Shown here: positions 39,860-50,722 of the stretch, piece after piece
How positions within the stretch are numbered: the first letter of the stretch is position 1
Layout of the letters: each line of letters opens with the position of its first letter
IMG/VR virus record: IMGVR_UViG_3300021093_000041
Location: 1 to 64,000 of that record
Direction: 5' to 3' (one strand)
Origin: a virus
DNA length: 64,000 nt
Position numbers and translations under genes: made by a program
The notes under the pieces: model-generated
Seen by the model: the letters and a program-made list of their open reading frames with translations, nothing else
Database searches by the model: none
Told to the model about the DNA's origin: nothing

Positions 39860-42286
39860 ATGCCTATCACGAATAATAATAGATTAACTAGCCCAGGTGT
39901 GCAAATAAATGAGGTTGATCTCACGCTTAGAGCAGCATTAAAAATCGGTACAAATGTGCTCGTTGCAGGTTTCGCTCCTCAGGGTCCAGCTGATGAAGTA
40001 ATACAAGTTACATCAAGATCCGAATTTCTCGATATTTACGGTGCACCGACAAATGCTGCAGAAAGGTATTTCTACCATTCAGTAGCTCAGTTATTTAATA
40101 GCCCGGTAAATGTGTTGGTTAATAGATTACCTTATGGTGACAACACCGGTGAAGGATTTAGCCAGACCTTTTATAGTGCACTTGTTTACCCTGTTACAGC
40201 TTATAACGGCACAGAGTTAACAAGCAACCTTGCTTATACATCAACCAACCCTATTTCGACATATTTTCTTGGTGCTCCTTATCTTGTAAATTTACCGCTT
40301 TCAGCATATAACGCATTGTTATTACAAGAAGGTACATCATTTACATGGTCAGCTTCATCAACTGATTTATCATCACTTTTAGATTGGAACAGCTCTGATT
40401 TAAATATTCAAAATTTAGCTAGTGCTGGTGTAATTATTCTTAATAGTGCTCAAGTTGCTAACAACAACAGATTTGAAGGTTATTATACGGCTATAGTAGA
40501 TAACACAAATTATAACCCTGCAACACCATTTGATAATGTTATCGGTGTAAGAGGTGTTTCAACATTGTTGGATTCATATAATCTTAATAGCAATACATAC
40601 GCTTCAACATTACCATCTACACGTCTTAACTTCCAACTTGCATTACCATCAACGGAAATTCCTGCTGGTAACACAGTTTCAGAGGTTATTGAGGCAATTC
40701 CAACATATAATCTTAACACAAGAGGTTTTGATGATACATTAACCCTTGCAGTGTTTAAATTACGCCAATCAACGTTCTCACCCGATACCATTAAGCTTGA
40801 TTTCGTTTATCAAGAAGGTTATATTGGTTCACTTGATTTTAATCGTCAAATTAACAGTGAAAATGGTGGTCAACCTATAAGTTTCTTTTTACCAAAAGTT
40901 GCACAAACAAGTCCAAATGTTAAAGTTCTTGTTAACCCGTATATTTCTGGTGAGATATATCAACCTGCAGGTGCACCAGATTACAGAACAACAACTTGGT
41001 TAAGTTTAGATGGTTTACCTAAGACCAAAGTAAGAATGGCAACAAATACACTCACATATTTGTTATCATCCACAGATATTACAGATAGTGAATATACATC
41101 AATTGTTGGTGCAGCATCAGGGGTTGTTCAAAGTGCAGCAACTGGTATTGGTAGCGATGGTGGCTATCTTTGGGCTCAGGGTGTATTTACACCAACTCAA
41201 ATAACAAATAAGAGTGTTGGTAGCATACCTAATAAATTAGATCGTTTATTTGACAGATTGTCAAATATTGACCTTTATGATATTGATATTGTTCTTGACG
41301 CAGGTCTTTCAACAATATTCACTACATGTCAAACATTAGGTACCAATTACTTTGATGACACGGTTAGCATGTTACAGTTTGTAGATGGTTTGAGAACAGC
41401 TAAACCAACCACTGACATTTTAGGTGGTAATGATACAGATGCATCAGCAATTATAACAAACTGGAATGTTATATTCTCACAGATGAATTCATTCTGCCAG
41501 AACACCAGAAAAGATTGCTTGCTTATTGCTGATGTATATAGAAACTTGCTTGTTGATGGACCCAACCTTAAAACAATAAGCCAAGGTAGCTATAACTTCG
41601 GTCAATATATTTACTCACCGTTAAAACATTTGTTGTATAATGCTAACACAAGTTACGCTTGTATATATGGTACATGGGCTAAAGTATTTGATTCGTTTAG
41701 CAGCCAACAAGTTTGGATACCATTCAGCGGTGTTGCAGGTCAATTGATGGGTAACACTGATGCAAACTTTAAACCATGGTTTGCACCAGCTGGTTTCACA
41801 AGAGGTTTAGTGCAAACAATTACTGATATTGCATTTTATCCAAATCAAGCACAACGTGATCAATTATACCCGTTAAGTATAAATCCTGTTGCATTCTTCC
41901 CAGGTGAAGGGTTTGTTGTAATGGGTCAGAAAACATTATTAGACAAGCCAAGTGCATTTGATAGAATTAATGTAAGGAGATTGTTCTTGGTGTTAGAGAA
42001 ACAAACAAGAAATACAGTTAAGTATTTCATATTTGAACCTAATACATTGTTTACAAGATCTAGTCTTGTTAATGTTATCAACCCAATATTTGATGATGCT
42101 AAAAATACTGAAGGTGTATATGATTATCTCATTGTATGCGATGAAAGGAATAACACACCTGAAGTAATTGATCAAAATCAATTGATTGTTGATATTTACA
42201 TTAAACCTGTAAGAACTGCAGAGTTCATCTTAGTGAACTTTATTGCAACGAGAACATCGCAGAACTTCCAAGAGTTGGTAGGATAA
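39860..42286 (+). CDS. 18: Tail sheath protein gp18
   Basis: SPGVQINEVDLT, PWFAPAG, GQKTL, RINVRRLF, CDERNNT, IKPVRTAEFI. Confidence 0.96.
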   Translation: MPITNNNRLTSPGVQINEVDLTLRAALKIGTNVLVAGFAPQGPADEVIQVTSRSEFLDIYGAPTNAAERYFYHSVAQLFNSPVNVLVNRLPYGDNTGEGFSQTFYSALVYPVTAYNGTELTSNLAYTSTNPISTYFLGAPYLVNLPLSAYNALLLQEGTSFTWSASSTDLSSLLDWNSSDLNIQNLASAGVIILNSAQVANNNRFEGYYTAIVDNTNYNPATPFDNVIGVRGVSTLLDSYNLNSNTYASTLPSTRLNFQLALPSTEIPAGNTVSEVIEAIPTYNLNTRGFDDTLTLAVFKLRQSTFSPDTIKLDFVYQEGYIGSLDFNRQINSENGGQPISFFLPKVAQTSPNVKVLVNPYISGEIYQPAGAPDYRTTTWLSLDGLPKTKVRMATNTLTYLLSSTDITDSEYTSIVGAASGVVQSAATGIGSDGGYLWAQGVFTPTQITNKSVGSIPNKLDRLFDRLSNIDLYDIDIVLDAGLSTIFTTCQTLGTNYFDDTVSMLQFVDGLRTAKPTTDILGGNDTDASAIITNWNVIFSQMNSFCQNTRKDCLLIADVYRNLLVDGPNLKTISQGSYNFGQYIYSPLKHLLYNANTSYACIYGTWAKVFDSFSSQQVWIPFSGVAGQLMGNTDANFKPWFAPAGFTRGLVQTITDIAFYPNQAQRDQLYPLSINPVAFFPGEGFVVMGQKTLLDKPSAFDRINVRRLFLVLEKQTRNTVKYFIFEPNTLFTRSSLVNVINPIFDDAKNTEGVYDYLIVCDERNNTPEVIDQNQLIVDIYIKPVRTAEFILVNFIATRTSQNFQELVG

Positions 42287-42308
42287 AAACAGGTAAATAT
42301 TAATACAG

Positions 42309-42335
42309 AAGGGACCGTTTTTCGGTCCCTTTTTT
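42309..42335 (+). terminator. Rho-independent terminator after sheath gene
   Basis: AAGGGACCG-TTTTT-CGGTCCCTTTTTT. Confidence 0.82.
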
Positions 42336-42370
42336 ATGTAAAAAAAACCCATCCAAGAATAAATAATTAT

Positions 42371-42934
42371 ATGCCAGACGTAAAGCAAACTATAGCCGAT
42401 TTTTACAGAGTAGCATTACAACGTGATTTTGCACGTAATTTTCAATTTAGATTACTTTCAATGAACACGGGTGGTGCTAGTACTATTACATTCGATGAGA
42501 ATGATTTGGTTTACTTGACAGCTGGTTCACTACCTGCAAGATCAATCCAAAACGTTGCAGTACCATACATGGGTCTCAATTTTAACTTACCCGGTGTAGC
42601 AACTTACGATGGCTCAGAAGGTTATAATTTAACATTCTATTGTGATTCAAGATCACAAATACGTCGCAAATTCGAAGATTGGTCACGTGATATATTCGAC
42701 GATGCAACAAGCACAGGTAATTATTTTGCACCAAGACAGACTGCAACAATTGATATGTTACAATTAGATACCCAGCTTAATAGAGTATCACAATATCAGT
42801 TAGTTGGTGTATCAGTAAGAACCGTTGGAGCAATTGAGTATAATATGTCATCTGGTACAGGTGATGTTGTTAACTTTACAGCAACTGTAGCATACCATTA
42901 CTTTAGAAGATTAGCCCCACCAAGAGGACAGTAA
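42371..42934 (+). CDS. 19: Tail tube protein gp19
   Basis: AGSLPA, VPYMG, FEDW, QLD, FTATVAY; follows sheath gene. Confidence 0.85.
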   Translation: MPDVKQTIADFYRVALQRDFARNFQFRLLSMNTGGASTITFDENDLVYLTAGSLPARSIQNVAVPYMGLNFNLPGVATYDGSEGYNLTFYCDSRSQIRRKFEDWSRDIFDDATSTGNYFAPRQTATIDMLQLDTQLNRVSQYQLVGVSVRTVGAIEYNMSSGTGDVVNFTATVAYHYFRRLAPPRGQ

Positions 42935-42956
42935 TTCTAAGATTAAATAATCTTAG

Positions 42957-43826
42957 ATGAATAACCCAATAACAGATGTAGTAAGGGGTTTAGGTGAAAA
43001 TATATCAGGTGTTTTCACTGGTACAAATTCGTTAATTGCACCTCAAATAACGAATATTTTTGGTTACACAATTCCAGGTATACCACTAATTAGTGCGAGG
43101 GATTATTTTATTGCACAAATGGAGTCGTGGTTAACTGCTATACCACTTAAAACTCAATGGTTAGTATTAATACAAGGTTACCCTAAAGCTTTAACAACGC
43201 AAACATTGCAAATGCTTGAACGCACAGAAGGTAACACCCACAACTTTAATATAAATAGTGCTGTTACAAAATTAAAATCATTTCCATTGAATAAAGTTGT
43301 AGGTTGTATTTTCGCACAAGGTGTAGGTATACCTGAAAATGAAGTTAATAATACATCTTCTACTGAAAATGGGTTTAATAGAGGTTTTTTAAACGGTTCA
43401 GTTAGTAACGGTAGAACAGGTTTCGATTCAGGCTTTCAAATCAACTTTTTGGAAACCAATACATCGTTTGTAGATTTTGTAATTAGACCATGGGTAATTT
43501 TAAGTGAGCATTATGGTTATGTTGCAAGACCAATTAACGAAGCAGAAAAAGACGTCAGTACAACTATAACAATTTTGCAGTATACTAGATCGTATCAAAA
43601 ACTATCTATGATACCTCGCAAAATTTGGACTTTTTATAATTGCTATCCAACTACAGTGGCAAGTAGAGAGTTGGTGTATGAGGGTGAAGCAATTGATACA
43701 TACCCGGTAACATGGAGATATAGTAATTATGCGGTACAAAATACGCTATATTTACCATTACCTGATATAATTAATAGAATAAGATCAGGCAATATTATAC
43801 CACGTATATCGCCATTACAGGGTTAA
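42957..43826 (+). CDS. Tube-like baseplate protein (gp54/gp48-like)
   Basis: INFLETN, IRPW, WTFYNCYP tube-fold motifs. Confidence 0.6.
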   Translation: MNNPITDVVRGLGENISGVFTGTNSLIAPQITNIFGYTIPGIPLISARDYFIAQMESWLTAIPLKTQWLVLIQGYPKALTTQTLQMLERTEGNTHNFNINSAVTKLKSFPLNKVVGCIFAQGVGIPENEVNNTSSTENGFNRGFLNGSVSNGRTGFDSGFQINFLETNTSFVDFVIRPWVILSEHYGYVARPINEAEKDVSTTITILQYTRSYQKLSMIPRKIWTFYNCYPTTVASRELVYEGEAIDTYPVTWRYSNYAVQNTLYLPLPDIINRIRSGNIIPRISPLQG

Positions 43827-43863
43827 AATTGATTTAAACTTATATTATAGATAAATTATTTAC

Positions 43864-44745
43864 GTGGCTTTTACTATCCGCATATATTTACCATACAGTA
43901 AAAAAACTGTTTCTATTAAACAGTTTACTAATTTGGAATATAAAAATTTACTTAAAACATTAACCAATAAAAATTATAGTCAATGTAATAATTTTATTAA
44001 CAGTCTTATATATGATTGCTCCTTTGGAGAATTGACGGATATAAATTTTATAGATAAATTCGTTACACTACTTAACTTACGTTGTATTTCTATAGGTGAC
44101 ACTCTAACCCAATCTATACAAAAAGATAGCGCTAAGTATAACTTAAATTATAGTATATATTCAATAATAGATAAAATTGTAAACAACTCACAACTAACTT
44201 TTGCAGATAACATACAGTATGGGTTATTACAAGTTACTACTGGGGTACCTAAACAAATTTTTATCAACCCGCAAGATATTCACAATTTTATATATTCAAT
44301 TAAAATTGGTAATAGAATTTTTGATCTTAACAATTTACCTGAAAATGAAAAAATTGAAGCTATCAATATATTACCAGGTCAGATTATGTTGAGATTGTAT
44401 CAAAGCATATATCTTTTTAAACAACAAATACAAGATTTTGATATTTTAACTCTCAAAGTTAATATTGAAACAAAAGAAGAAACACCTGTTAAGCTATATC
44501 TAGACCAAGATAATATGCATGCTTTATTATCCGTATTTTTTAATGAACATTTAACCAATATATTTTTAAAGCAATTTATTTTATCAAAACAGCATAATAT
44601 TGATTGTAATTATTATGATTCTTTACCACCTGTAGAATCAGATATATTTTATAATTTTCATAAAGAATTGCAAGAACATGAAAAACAACAAAATGAAAGC
44701 ACAAAAGGTGTTTCAATAGGTGTACCACCATCAAGTGAATTTTAG
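43864..44745 (+). CDS. Baseplate hub protein gp26-like with gp51-like C-terminus
   Basis: LP.SKK....F...E.K.L, LNLRCISIGD; C-terminal FILSKQHN...LPPVESDIF. Confidence 0.55.
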   Translation: MAFTIRIYLPYSKKTVSIKQFTNLEYKNLLKTLTNKNYSQCNNFINSLIYDCSFGELTDINFIDKFVTLLNLRCISIGDTLTQSIQKDSAKYNLNYSIYSIIDKIVNNSQLTFADNIQYGLLQVTTGVPKQIFINPQDIHNFIYSIKIGNRIFDLNNLPENEKIEAINILPGQIMLRLYQSIYLFKQQIQDFDILTLKVNIETKEETPVKLYLDQDNMHALLSVFFNEHLTNIFLKQFILSKQHNIDCNYYDSLPPVESDIFYNFHKELQEHEKQQNESTKGVSIGVPPSSEF

Positions 44746-44779
44746 TTGATATGTATCTTACAGCATTATAAATAGCAGT

Positions 44780-44965
44780 ATGACAAAAGAAGAAGCATTT
44801 AAGATTAACGAACTTTATCGTGAAATAGATTTATTAAAAAGTGCAAATAAGATTCAAACACAAACAATTGAAAAGCTTGAAGCTGAAAACAAGTTGTTAA
44901 GTGTAGCAGTTAATGTCGAAAAGATTCTAAATAGGATTGAGATAATAAATAAAAAGAAAGAGTGA
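44780..44965 (+). CDS. Small coiled-coil late protein
   Basis: TATAAATA-N5-ATG. Confidence 0.5.
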   Translation: MTKEEAFKINELYREIDLLKSANKIQTQTIEKLEAENKLLSVAVNVEKILNRIEIINKKKE

Positions 44966-45186
44966 TGAAGAATTTGTATATCATTACAGCTACAAAAAAC
45001 CAAATAAAAGTTTTTAATTCTAAAACAGGTACACTATTAAAAACTTTTATTTTGCCTGGTAATTTAGTTAATGGCCCGGTTCAATCTGATGATATATTTA
45101 CGGTGGTTATAGACCTCAACGGTCAGCAACAAGGTAGAATATATAAGTTACCTAATTGTTTCTTACAAAGAACATTTAAAGTGTAA
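44962..45186 (+). CDS. Hypothetical protein
   Basis: ORF coupled to the previous gene. Confidence 0.45.
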   Translation: MMKNLYIITATKNQIKVFNSKTGTLLKTFILPGNLVNGPVQSDDIFTVVIDLNGQQQGRIYKLPNCFLQRTFKV

Positions 45187-45223
45187 GAGTGGATTTTTAA
45201 TTTTCATAATTTACTATTGAATT

Positions 45224-45724
45224 ATGAATAAATTAGAAAACACACAATACTTCAAGTTAGTTGAATATCCAGTTGTTTTAGATAGTATAGAGATTACTTC
45301 TAATTACGATAAAAAAGCTTTCGTGGGATTTCCTATTCGTAATGAATATGATAGAGTGAGACATAAAATACCTGACGAATATAACCCGACTTATGTTCGT
45401 CACGATGATGGTAATACATATTACGGTATTTGGTCGGACCTAACTAGAGAAGGAAATGAGTTGTATAATTTTATAAGCGATTTTAAATTGCTTAATATTA
45501 CAGATATTAAAACGTCGATGAATATCTGCGCAAAAGAATATGATATTAATTTATCTGAATCATTTTTATTGACGAATAAAGACACATTAGCATTAACATT
45601 CGATCAAGGTAAAAAATATATAGATAGCAACCATTCTAACCTCGATGCTATAGCTTATAACTGTTCTAGCGCACCAAGTTACGTAAAAGTTACTGGGATG
45701 TATATTTTCCTATTTTACTATTGA
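45224..45724 (+). CDS. Hypothetical protein
   Basis: TACTAT-N6-ATG. Confidence 0.45.
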   Translation: MNKLENTQYFKLVEYPVVLDSIEITSNYDKKAFVGFPIRNEYDRVRHKIPDEYNPTYVRHDDGNTYYGIWSDLTREGNELYNFISDFKLLNITDIKTSMNICAKEYDINLSESFLLTNKDTLALTFDQGKKYIDSNHSNLDAIAYNCSSAPSYVKVTGMYIFLFYY

Positions 45725-45760
45725 TATAACACCAAAATAATATATAAATAACGATATTCT

Positions 45761-48238
45761 ATGAACGTAATCAAACGAAACGGTGATAAAGAAACTTTCA
45801 ACGAAGAGAAAATATTGTCTGTTGTAACAAGATGCTGTGCTGATATACAGCATGTAGATGTTACACAGGTAATGTATAATGCAAAGATTAAACTATACGA
45901 CGGTGTTCCAACTACGGAAATAGACAAGGCTTTAATTAAGTCAGCAAGAGCTCTTATTGAAGAAGAGCCGAATTACACATATGTTGCAGCACGCCTTCTT
46001 CTTACAACTATATATAAGGAAGTTTTCGGTGAAAATACCGATAACGATCTGTTTGAACTTCAATACAGGAAAGCCTTTATTTCAAACATAAAGAACTTAA
46101 TTGATGAGGGTATTGTAAGTAAAGAACTTAAAAAGTTTAACCTTAAAAAGCTTTCAGAGTTTTTGTCTGTACCACATGATAATAATTTTGAGTACCTTGG
46201 TCTACAAACTGTATACGATCGCTATCTTTATCACATCAAAGGTCGTCGGGTTGAAACACCTCAGGCATTTTGGATGCGGGTTGCAATGGGTTTAGCAATT
46301 AACGAAAAAGCTGAAGACCGTGATGAATGGGCTATTAAGTTCTATAATGTGTTGTGTACATTCAGCCTAATATCATCTACACCGACCTTATTCAATAGCG
46401 GTGGTGTACACAATCAATTATCCTCATGTTTCTTGTCAACGTTTGAAGATAGTATAGATGGTATTTTCGATGGGTTACATCAAGAGGCTCTCAAGAGTAA
46501 ATACGCTGGTGGTCTTGGTATGGATCTTACAGCATTCAGACCTCAAAATTGTTACATTAAAGGTACTAACGGTTACACCCAAGGAGCGGTATATTTCTGG
46601 AAAGTTTACAATGACATGCTTGTTGCCGTAAATCAGGGTGGTAAACGTAAGGGTGCGGGTTGTGCTTATCTCGAATCATGGCATGGTGATGTAAATGATT
46701 TTCTCGAATTGAGAAAAAATACCGGTGATGAACGTAAGCGTACTCATGATATGAATACCGCTAACTGGATTCCTGATTTGTTTATTCAACAAGTTAATAA
46801 GGATGGTCCTTGGTATCTTTTTTCACCAGCTGAATGTCCAGAGTTGCATGAAACTTTCGGTGAAGAATTTGAAAAGATATATTGGAATTATGTCGATAAA
46901 GGTAAGGCTGGTAAGCTTAAATTTTTCAAAGAAATAAGTGCAAAAGATCTTTGGAAAAAGATGTTAAGAATGATTTACGAGACTGGCCACCCTTGGATAA
47001 CATTTAAGGACCCTTCTAATATTCGTTATAGTAATCAACATGTAGGTGTAGTTCATTCAAGTAATCTTTGCACTGAAATACTTTTACATACCAAACCAAC
47101 ATCATACAAAGATGATGGTACACGTAAGGTGAAGGAATACGGTGAAACCGCAGTATGTAATCTTGCAAGTATTAATCTAGCTAAGTTTGTTACACCTTCT
47201 GAAGGTATTAATTGGGAAGGTCTTGAAGATACTATACGTGTAGGAATGCGAATGCTTGATAATGTTATTGATATCAATTTTTATCCTACCGAAGAAGCAC
47301 GTAAAAGCAATATGAACCACAGACCCGTTGGGTTGGGTTCGATGGGTTGGCATGACCTATACCATGCATTAAATGTTGCTATGGATAGTGAACTTGCAGG
47401 TAGTCTTGCAAGTCAAATATACGAGTTTATTTCATTTAATGCAATTAAAGCAAGCAGTGAACTTGCTAAAGAACGCGGTACATATCCTTCATACGATGGG
47501 TCGCTTTGGACTAAAGGTAAATTACCGGTTGATACATATATTGAATTGATAAAGTATCGCACTGGTAAAACACTAAAGCGTGACAGTCTTGAAACACTTG
47601 ATGACTGGGATATATTGCGTACACATATTAAGAAGCACGGTATGCGTAATAGCAATACCATGGCAATAGCACCTACTGCATCAATTAGTTCTATTACCGG
47701 TGCAAGTCAAAGTATTGAACCATACTTTAGCAATATTTTTGTGTATAGTACTTTATCGGGTGATTTCACTATGGTAAATAAATGGTTTGTTGAAGATATG
47801 AGAAAGTATGGTTTATGGAATGAGTCTATGCTTTCTCACCTTAAGAATAATAATGGTGATATTCAAAACTTTAATTTTGAAGCTACTGGTAAAATTAAAG
47901 CAAATGAAATTGCAAATATTAAAGCAAAATATAAGACTGCATTCCAAGTAGATCAGTTTAAATTAATTGATAATGCTGCGTATAGGCAAATTTGGATTGA
48001 TCAAGGTCAAAGCTTAAACCTCTACAACGATAAAACATCGTTGAAGCATTTAAATGACCTTTATATGCATGCATGGGGTTCATGTTTAAAAACAACGTAT
48101 TACTTGCGAGGTAAAGGTGCAAGTGAAGTTGAGAAGAGCACTGTTTCTAAGAATGAAATCCAACAGGCTGAACCGGTGGAGGATAACGAACCTAAAATGT
48201 GCAAGATTAATGATCCTAGTTGCATGAGCTGTCAATAA
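45761..48238 (+). CDS. nrdA: Ribonucleotide reductase class I alpha subunit with ATP cone
   Basis: VIKRNG, TPTLFN, QLSSCF, SNLCTEI, CNLASINL, APTASIS, KTTYY, C-terminal CMSCQ. Confidence 0.96.
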   Translation: MNVIKRNGDKETFNEEKILSVVTRCCADIQHVDVTQVMYNAKIKLYDGVPTTEIDKALIKSARALIEEEPNYTYVAARLLLTTIYKEVFGENTDNDLFELQYRKAFISNIKNLIDEGIVSKELKKFNLKKLSEFLSVPHDNNFEYLGLQTVYDRYLYHIKGRRVETPQAFWMRVAMGLAINEKAEDRDEWAIKFYNVLCTFSLISSTPTLFNSGGVHNQLSSCFLSTFEDSIDGIFDGLHQEALKSKYAGGLGMDLTAFRPQNCYIKGTNGYTQGAVYFWKVYNDMLVAVNQGGKRKGAGCAYLESWHGDVNDFLELRKNTGDERKRTHDMNTANWIPDLFIQQVNKDGPWYLFSPAECPELHETFGEEFEKIYWNYVDKGKAGKLKFFKEISAKDLWKKMLRMIYETGHPWITFKDPSNIRYSNQHVGVVHSSNLCTEILLHTKPTSYKDDGTRKVKEYGETAVCNLASINLAKFVTPSEGINWEGLEDTIRVGMRMLDNVIDINFYPTEEARKSNMNHRPVGLGSMGWHDLYHALNVAMDSELAGSLASQIYEFISFNAIKASSELAKERGTYPSYDGSLWTKGKLPVDTYIELIKYRTGKTLKRDSLETLDDWDILRTHIKKHGMRNSNTMAIAPTASISSITGASQSIEPYFSNIFVYSTLSGDFTMVNKWFVEDMRKYGLWNESMLSHLKNNNGDIQNFNFEATGKIKANEIANIKAKYKTAFQVDQFKLIDNAAYRQIWIDQGQSLNLYNDKTSLKHLNDLYMHAWGSCLKTTYYLRGKGASEVEKSTVSKNEIQQAEPVEDNEPKMCKINDPSCMSCQ

Positions 48239-48240
48239 AT

Positions 48241-48477
48241 ATGATATTCAATCATGAGCTTGGAAAATTAACAGAAGATGAATTAGGTTTACTTCAATAC
48301 ATTATTACTAATAAAGGTAGTGATGAAAGTATGCTTAATATTATTAACTCTATTCGTAAAGAATATATAATTAATTATTTTGTTAGAAATAAGCAAACCT
48401 TCAATCAGAAAGGGTTGGAGGTTGCTCAATCTTTAATAACAAAATTAATTGGAGAACAAAAAAGTGCTGCACTGTAA
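48241..48477 (+). CDS. Hypothetical protein
   Basis: ORF between nrdA and nrdB. Confidence 0.4.
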   Translation: MIFNHELGKLTEDELGLLQYIITNKGSDESMLNIINSIRKEYIINYFVRNKQTFNQKGLEVAQSLITKLIGEQKSAAL

Positions 48478-48562
48478 AACGTGTAGCTCCTGGTAAGAGC
48501 GTTAAGAAAAAACTTGGTACTAAAACACAAGTATACTACACTATTGGCAATAAATTTTTCGT

Positions 48563-49558
48563 ATGAAGACAGGTACTATTATTTCAGCAAATCAAACAGG
48601 TGTTAATCAAATATTACCCCATGTTAACAAGTGGGCTTGGGATCTTTATAAAACAGGTAAACGTAATAATTGGGACCCAGAAGAGATTGCAATGACTCGC
48701 GATATTCAAAATTGGAACAGCGGTGTTCTAACAGAGGATGAAAAACGTGTTGCAAAAAGAACACTTGGATTCTTTGCTGGTAGTGAGAGCCTTGTTGGTA
48801 ATAATCTGGTGACATTATATCAATATGTAACTGACCCTGAATGTAGACAATATATGTCTAGACAGATATGGGAAGAATGTTTACATAATGATACAATTGT
48901 ACATGTTTGCGATTCCTTGTCATTAGATATAACCGAGGTATATCAAGCATATACCTCAATACCTTCTATTAAAGCAAAAGATGATTTCTTGATGAGTGTA
49001 ACAACGGGTATACTTAAAAATGTAGATGTAACCACCACAAGGGGTTTACAAGAAGTTGTTAGAGCAGCATTTCTTTATTGGATTGTATGTGAAGGTACAT
49101 TCTTTTTCTCAGGATTTGCAATGTTACTTGCAATGAAAGACAAGTTACCTGGTGTAGGTGAACAAATTGAATACACACTTCGTGATGAAAGTAACCATAT
49201 TAAATTTGGTACAGCGGTAATAAACAAAATTAAAGAACAGAACCCTCAAATTTGGACTAAAGAGTTCGAAAATGAGTTGACTGAATACCTTAGAGAAGCA
49301 GTTGCACTTGAGATCGCTTATGCGAACGATGTTCTCCAAGGTGGTATACTTGGTTTAAATTCAAGTATGTTTGTACAATATATGGAATACATTGGTAATA
49401 GAAGACTTGAAGGTGTAGGAATGTTATATAGATTTCCAAGTGATAAAAACCCGTTTAAATTCTTGAGTGAAGTTCAAGATCTTATTAAAGCTAAAAACTT
49501 TTTTGAAACTAGAGTGATAGAATATCAAAGTTCGGGTGCACTCAGTGATGATTTTTAA
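48563..49558 (+). CDS. nrdB: Ribonucleotide reductase beta subunit, class Ic (Mn/Fe)-type
   Basis: FFAGSESLVGNN, EECLHNDTI, EGTFFFSGF, RDESNH, NFFETRV.EY. Confidence 0.92.
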   Translation: MKTGTIISANQTGVNQILPHVNKWAWDLYKTGKRNNWDPEEIAMTRDIQNWNSGVLTEDEKRVAKRTLGFFAGSESLVGNNLVTLYQYVTDPECRQYMSRQIWEECLHNDTIVHVCDSLSLDITEVYQAYTSIPSIKAKDDFLMSVTTGILKNVDVTTTRGLQEVVRAAFLYWIVCEGTFFFSGFAMLLAMKDKLPGVGEQIEYTLRDESNHIKFGTAVINKIKEQNPQIWTKEFENELTEYLREAVALEIAYANDVLQGGILGLNSSMFVQYMEYIGNRRLEGVGMLYRFPSDKNPFKFLSEVQDLIKAKNFFETRVIEYQSSGALSDDF

Positions 49559-49559
49559 T

Positions 49560-50081
49560 ATGCATTTAGCTAAAATAGATAGAGCAGAAGTGATTAAGTT
49601 ATTTAGCAACTATCCAGAAGATAGTTTCGACCACACTTATATTTTTTATGATTGTATACCATACTACGATAAAAATAATTTTTGGTTAACATCACCTGCA
49701 GCACTGTTTGATAGTAATGCGAAAATAGGTGGTATTTGTTTTTATGTATATGATATGTATAAAGATTTAATATATCTTGACATAAAACGTATTTTAACAA
49801 CTACAGATAATCGAGGTAAAGGTTACGGTACTGCATTACTTTCAAATATTAGAAAACATGCATTGGAAAATGATGTAAAGTATATTAGAATGTTTTGCGA
49901 CCCCGATTCGATAGATTTTTATCGTAAAAATGGATATTATTTTCACGGTGAAACTGACGAAGGTTATGCATTTGTATTCCAACCTATAGCAGAGTTTGAA
50001 CGTAGTGCAGAAACTGTAGAGTTAGAGCAAGAGTTTATACATCATCAACTTAAAAAATATAATGGATGTATTTACCATTGA
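49560..50081 (+). CDS. GNAT acetyltransferase
   Basis: RGKGYGT, DFYRKNGY. Confidence 0.8.
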   Translation: MHLAKIDRAEVIKLFSNYPEDSFDHTYIFYDCIPYYDKNNFWLTSPAALFDSNAKIGGICFYVYDMYKDLIYLDIKRILTTTDNRGKGYGTALLSNIRKHALENDVKYIRMFCDPDSIDFYRKNGYYFHGETDEGYAFVFQPIAEFERSAETVELEQEFIHHQLKKYNGCIYH

Positions 50082-50112
50082 TTTTTGATTGGTGTTATTA
50101 TATTCTTAACGA

Positions 50113-50721
50113 ATGAAGACGCCGGTATTGGTAAAACCTACCGATGAGTTGGTTTTAATTTTAGACTATTGTTGGATGCCTTTACATATAACATCAGTAC
50201 GTGAAGGTGTAAAAAAACTATTCACATTCGGTGGTAAACATAAAAAGAACCCTAAAGTTAGAGCGTTAAACAGAGTCGGTGAACCGGTCTGTTGGGAGGA
50301 TTGGGTTAATTCAGGTGGTACACACTATTATGAAAACCAACCTTTTATTCGATCAATAAATCAGTTAATACCTGTACCTACAATATTATTAACTACGGCA
50401 CATTTTTACCATCAAGCAAAGAAAATGCCTAAACTTTCTCTCCTTTATAAGAAATATAAAGGTATTTGTCAAATTTGCGGTTTACATAAACCGCAAGATA
50501 TAATGACTCTTGAGCATATATACCCAAAATCTTTCGGTGGTACACTTGATTGGTTTAATATTACTTTAACGTGTCAACCCTGCAATACTAGAAAAGGTCA
50601 AATATACCCATACCCAAACTATAAAGGTGAGGAACTTACTGGTACCACCTACGATAAATACGATAAATTACAATACAAAGTATTGAAAAGGGAAGAATGG
50701 AGACCATATATATTTAGATAA
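50113..50721 (+). CDS. HNH endonuclease
   Basis: CQIC, TLEHIYPKSFGG, NITLTCQPCNTRKG. Confidence 0.85.
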   Translation: MKTPVLVKPTDELVLILDYCWMPLHITSVREGVKKLFTFGGKHKKNPKVRALNRVGEPVCWEDWVNSGGTHYYENQPFIRSINQLIPVPTILLTTAHFYHQAKKMPKLSLLYKKYKGICQICGLHKPQDIMTLEHIYPKSFGGTLDWFNITLTCQPCNTRKGQIYPYPNYKGEELTGTTYDKYDKLQYKVLKREEWRPYIFR

Positions 50722-50722
50722 T

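Noticed and set aside
48239-48562. Group I intron or split nrd gene
   Set aside because: nrdA and nrdB are each complete; no intron core motifs recognised
5078-49339. Many antisense or overlapping ORFs within uvsW, gp46, gp43, uvsX, gp41, gp17, gp18, nrdA and nrdB
   Set aside because: No motifs or promoter geometry; expected shadows of long coding regions
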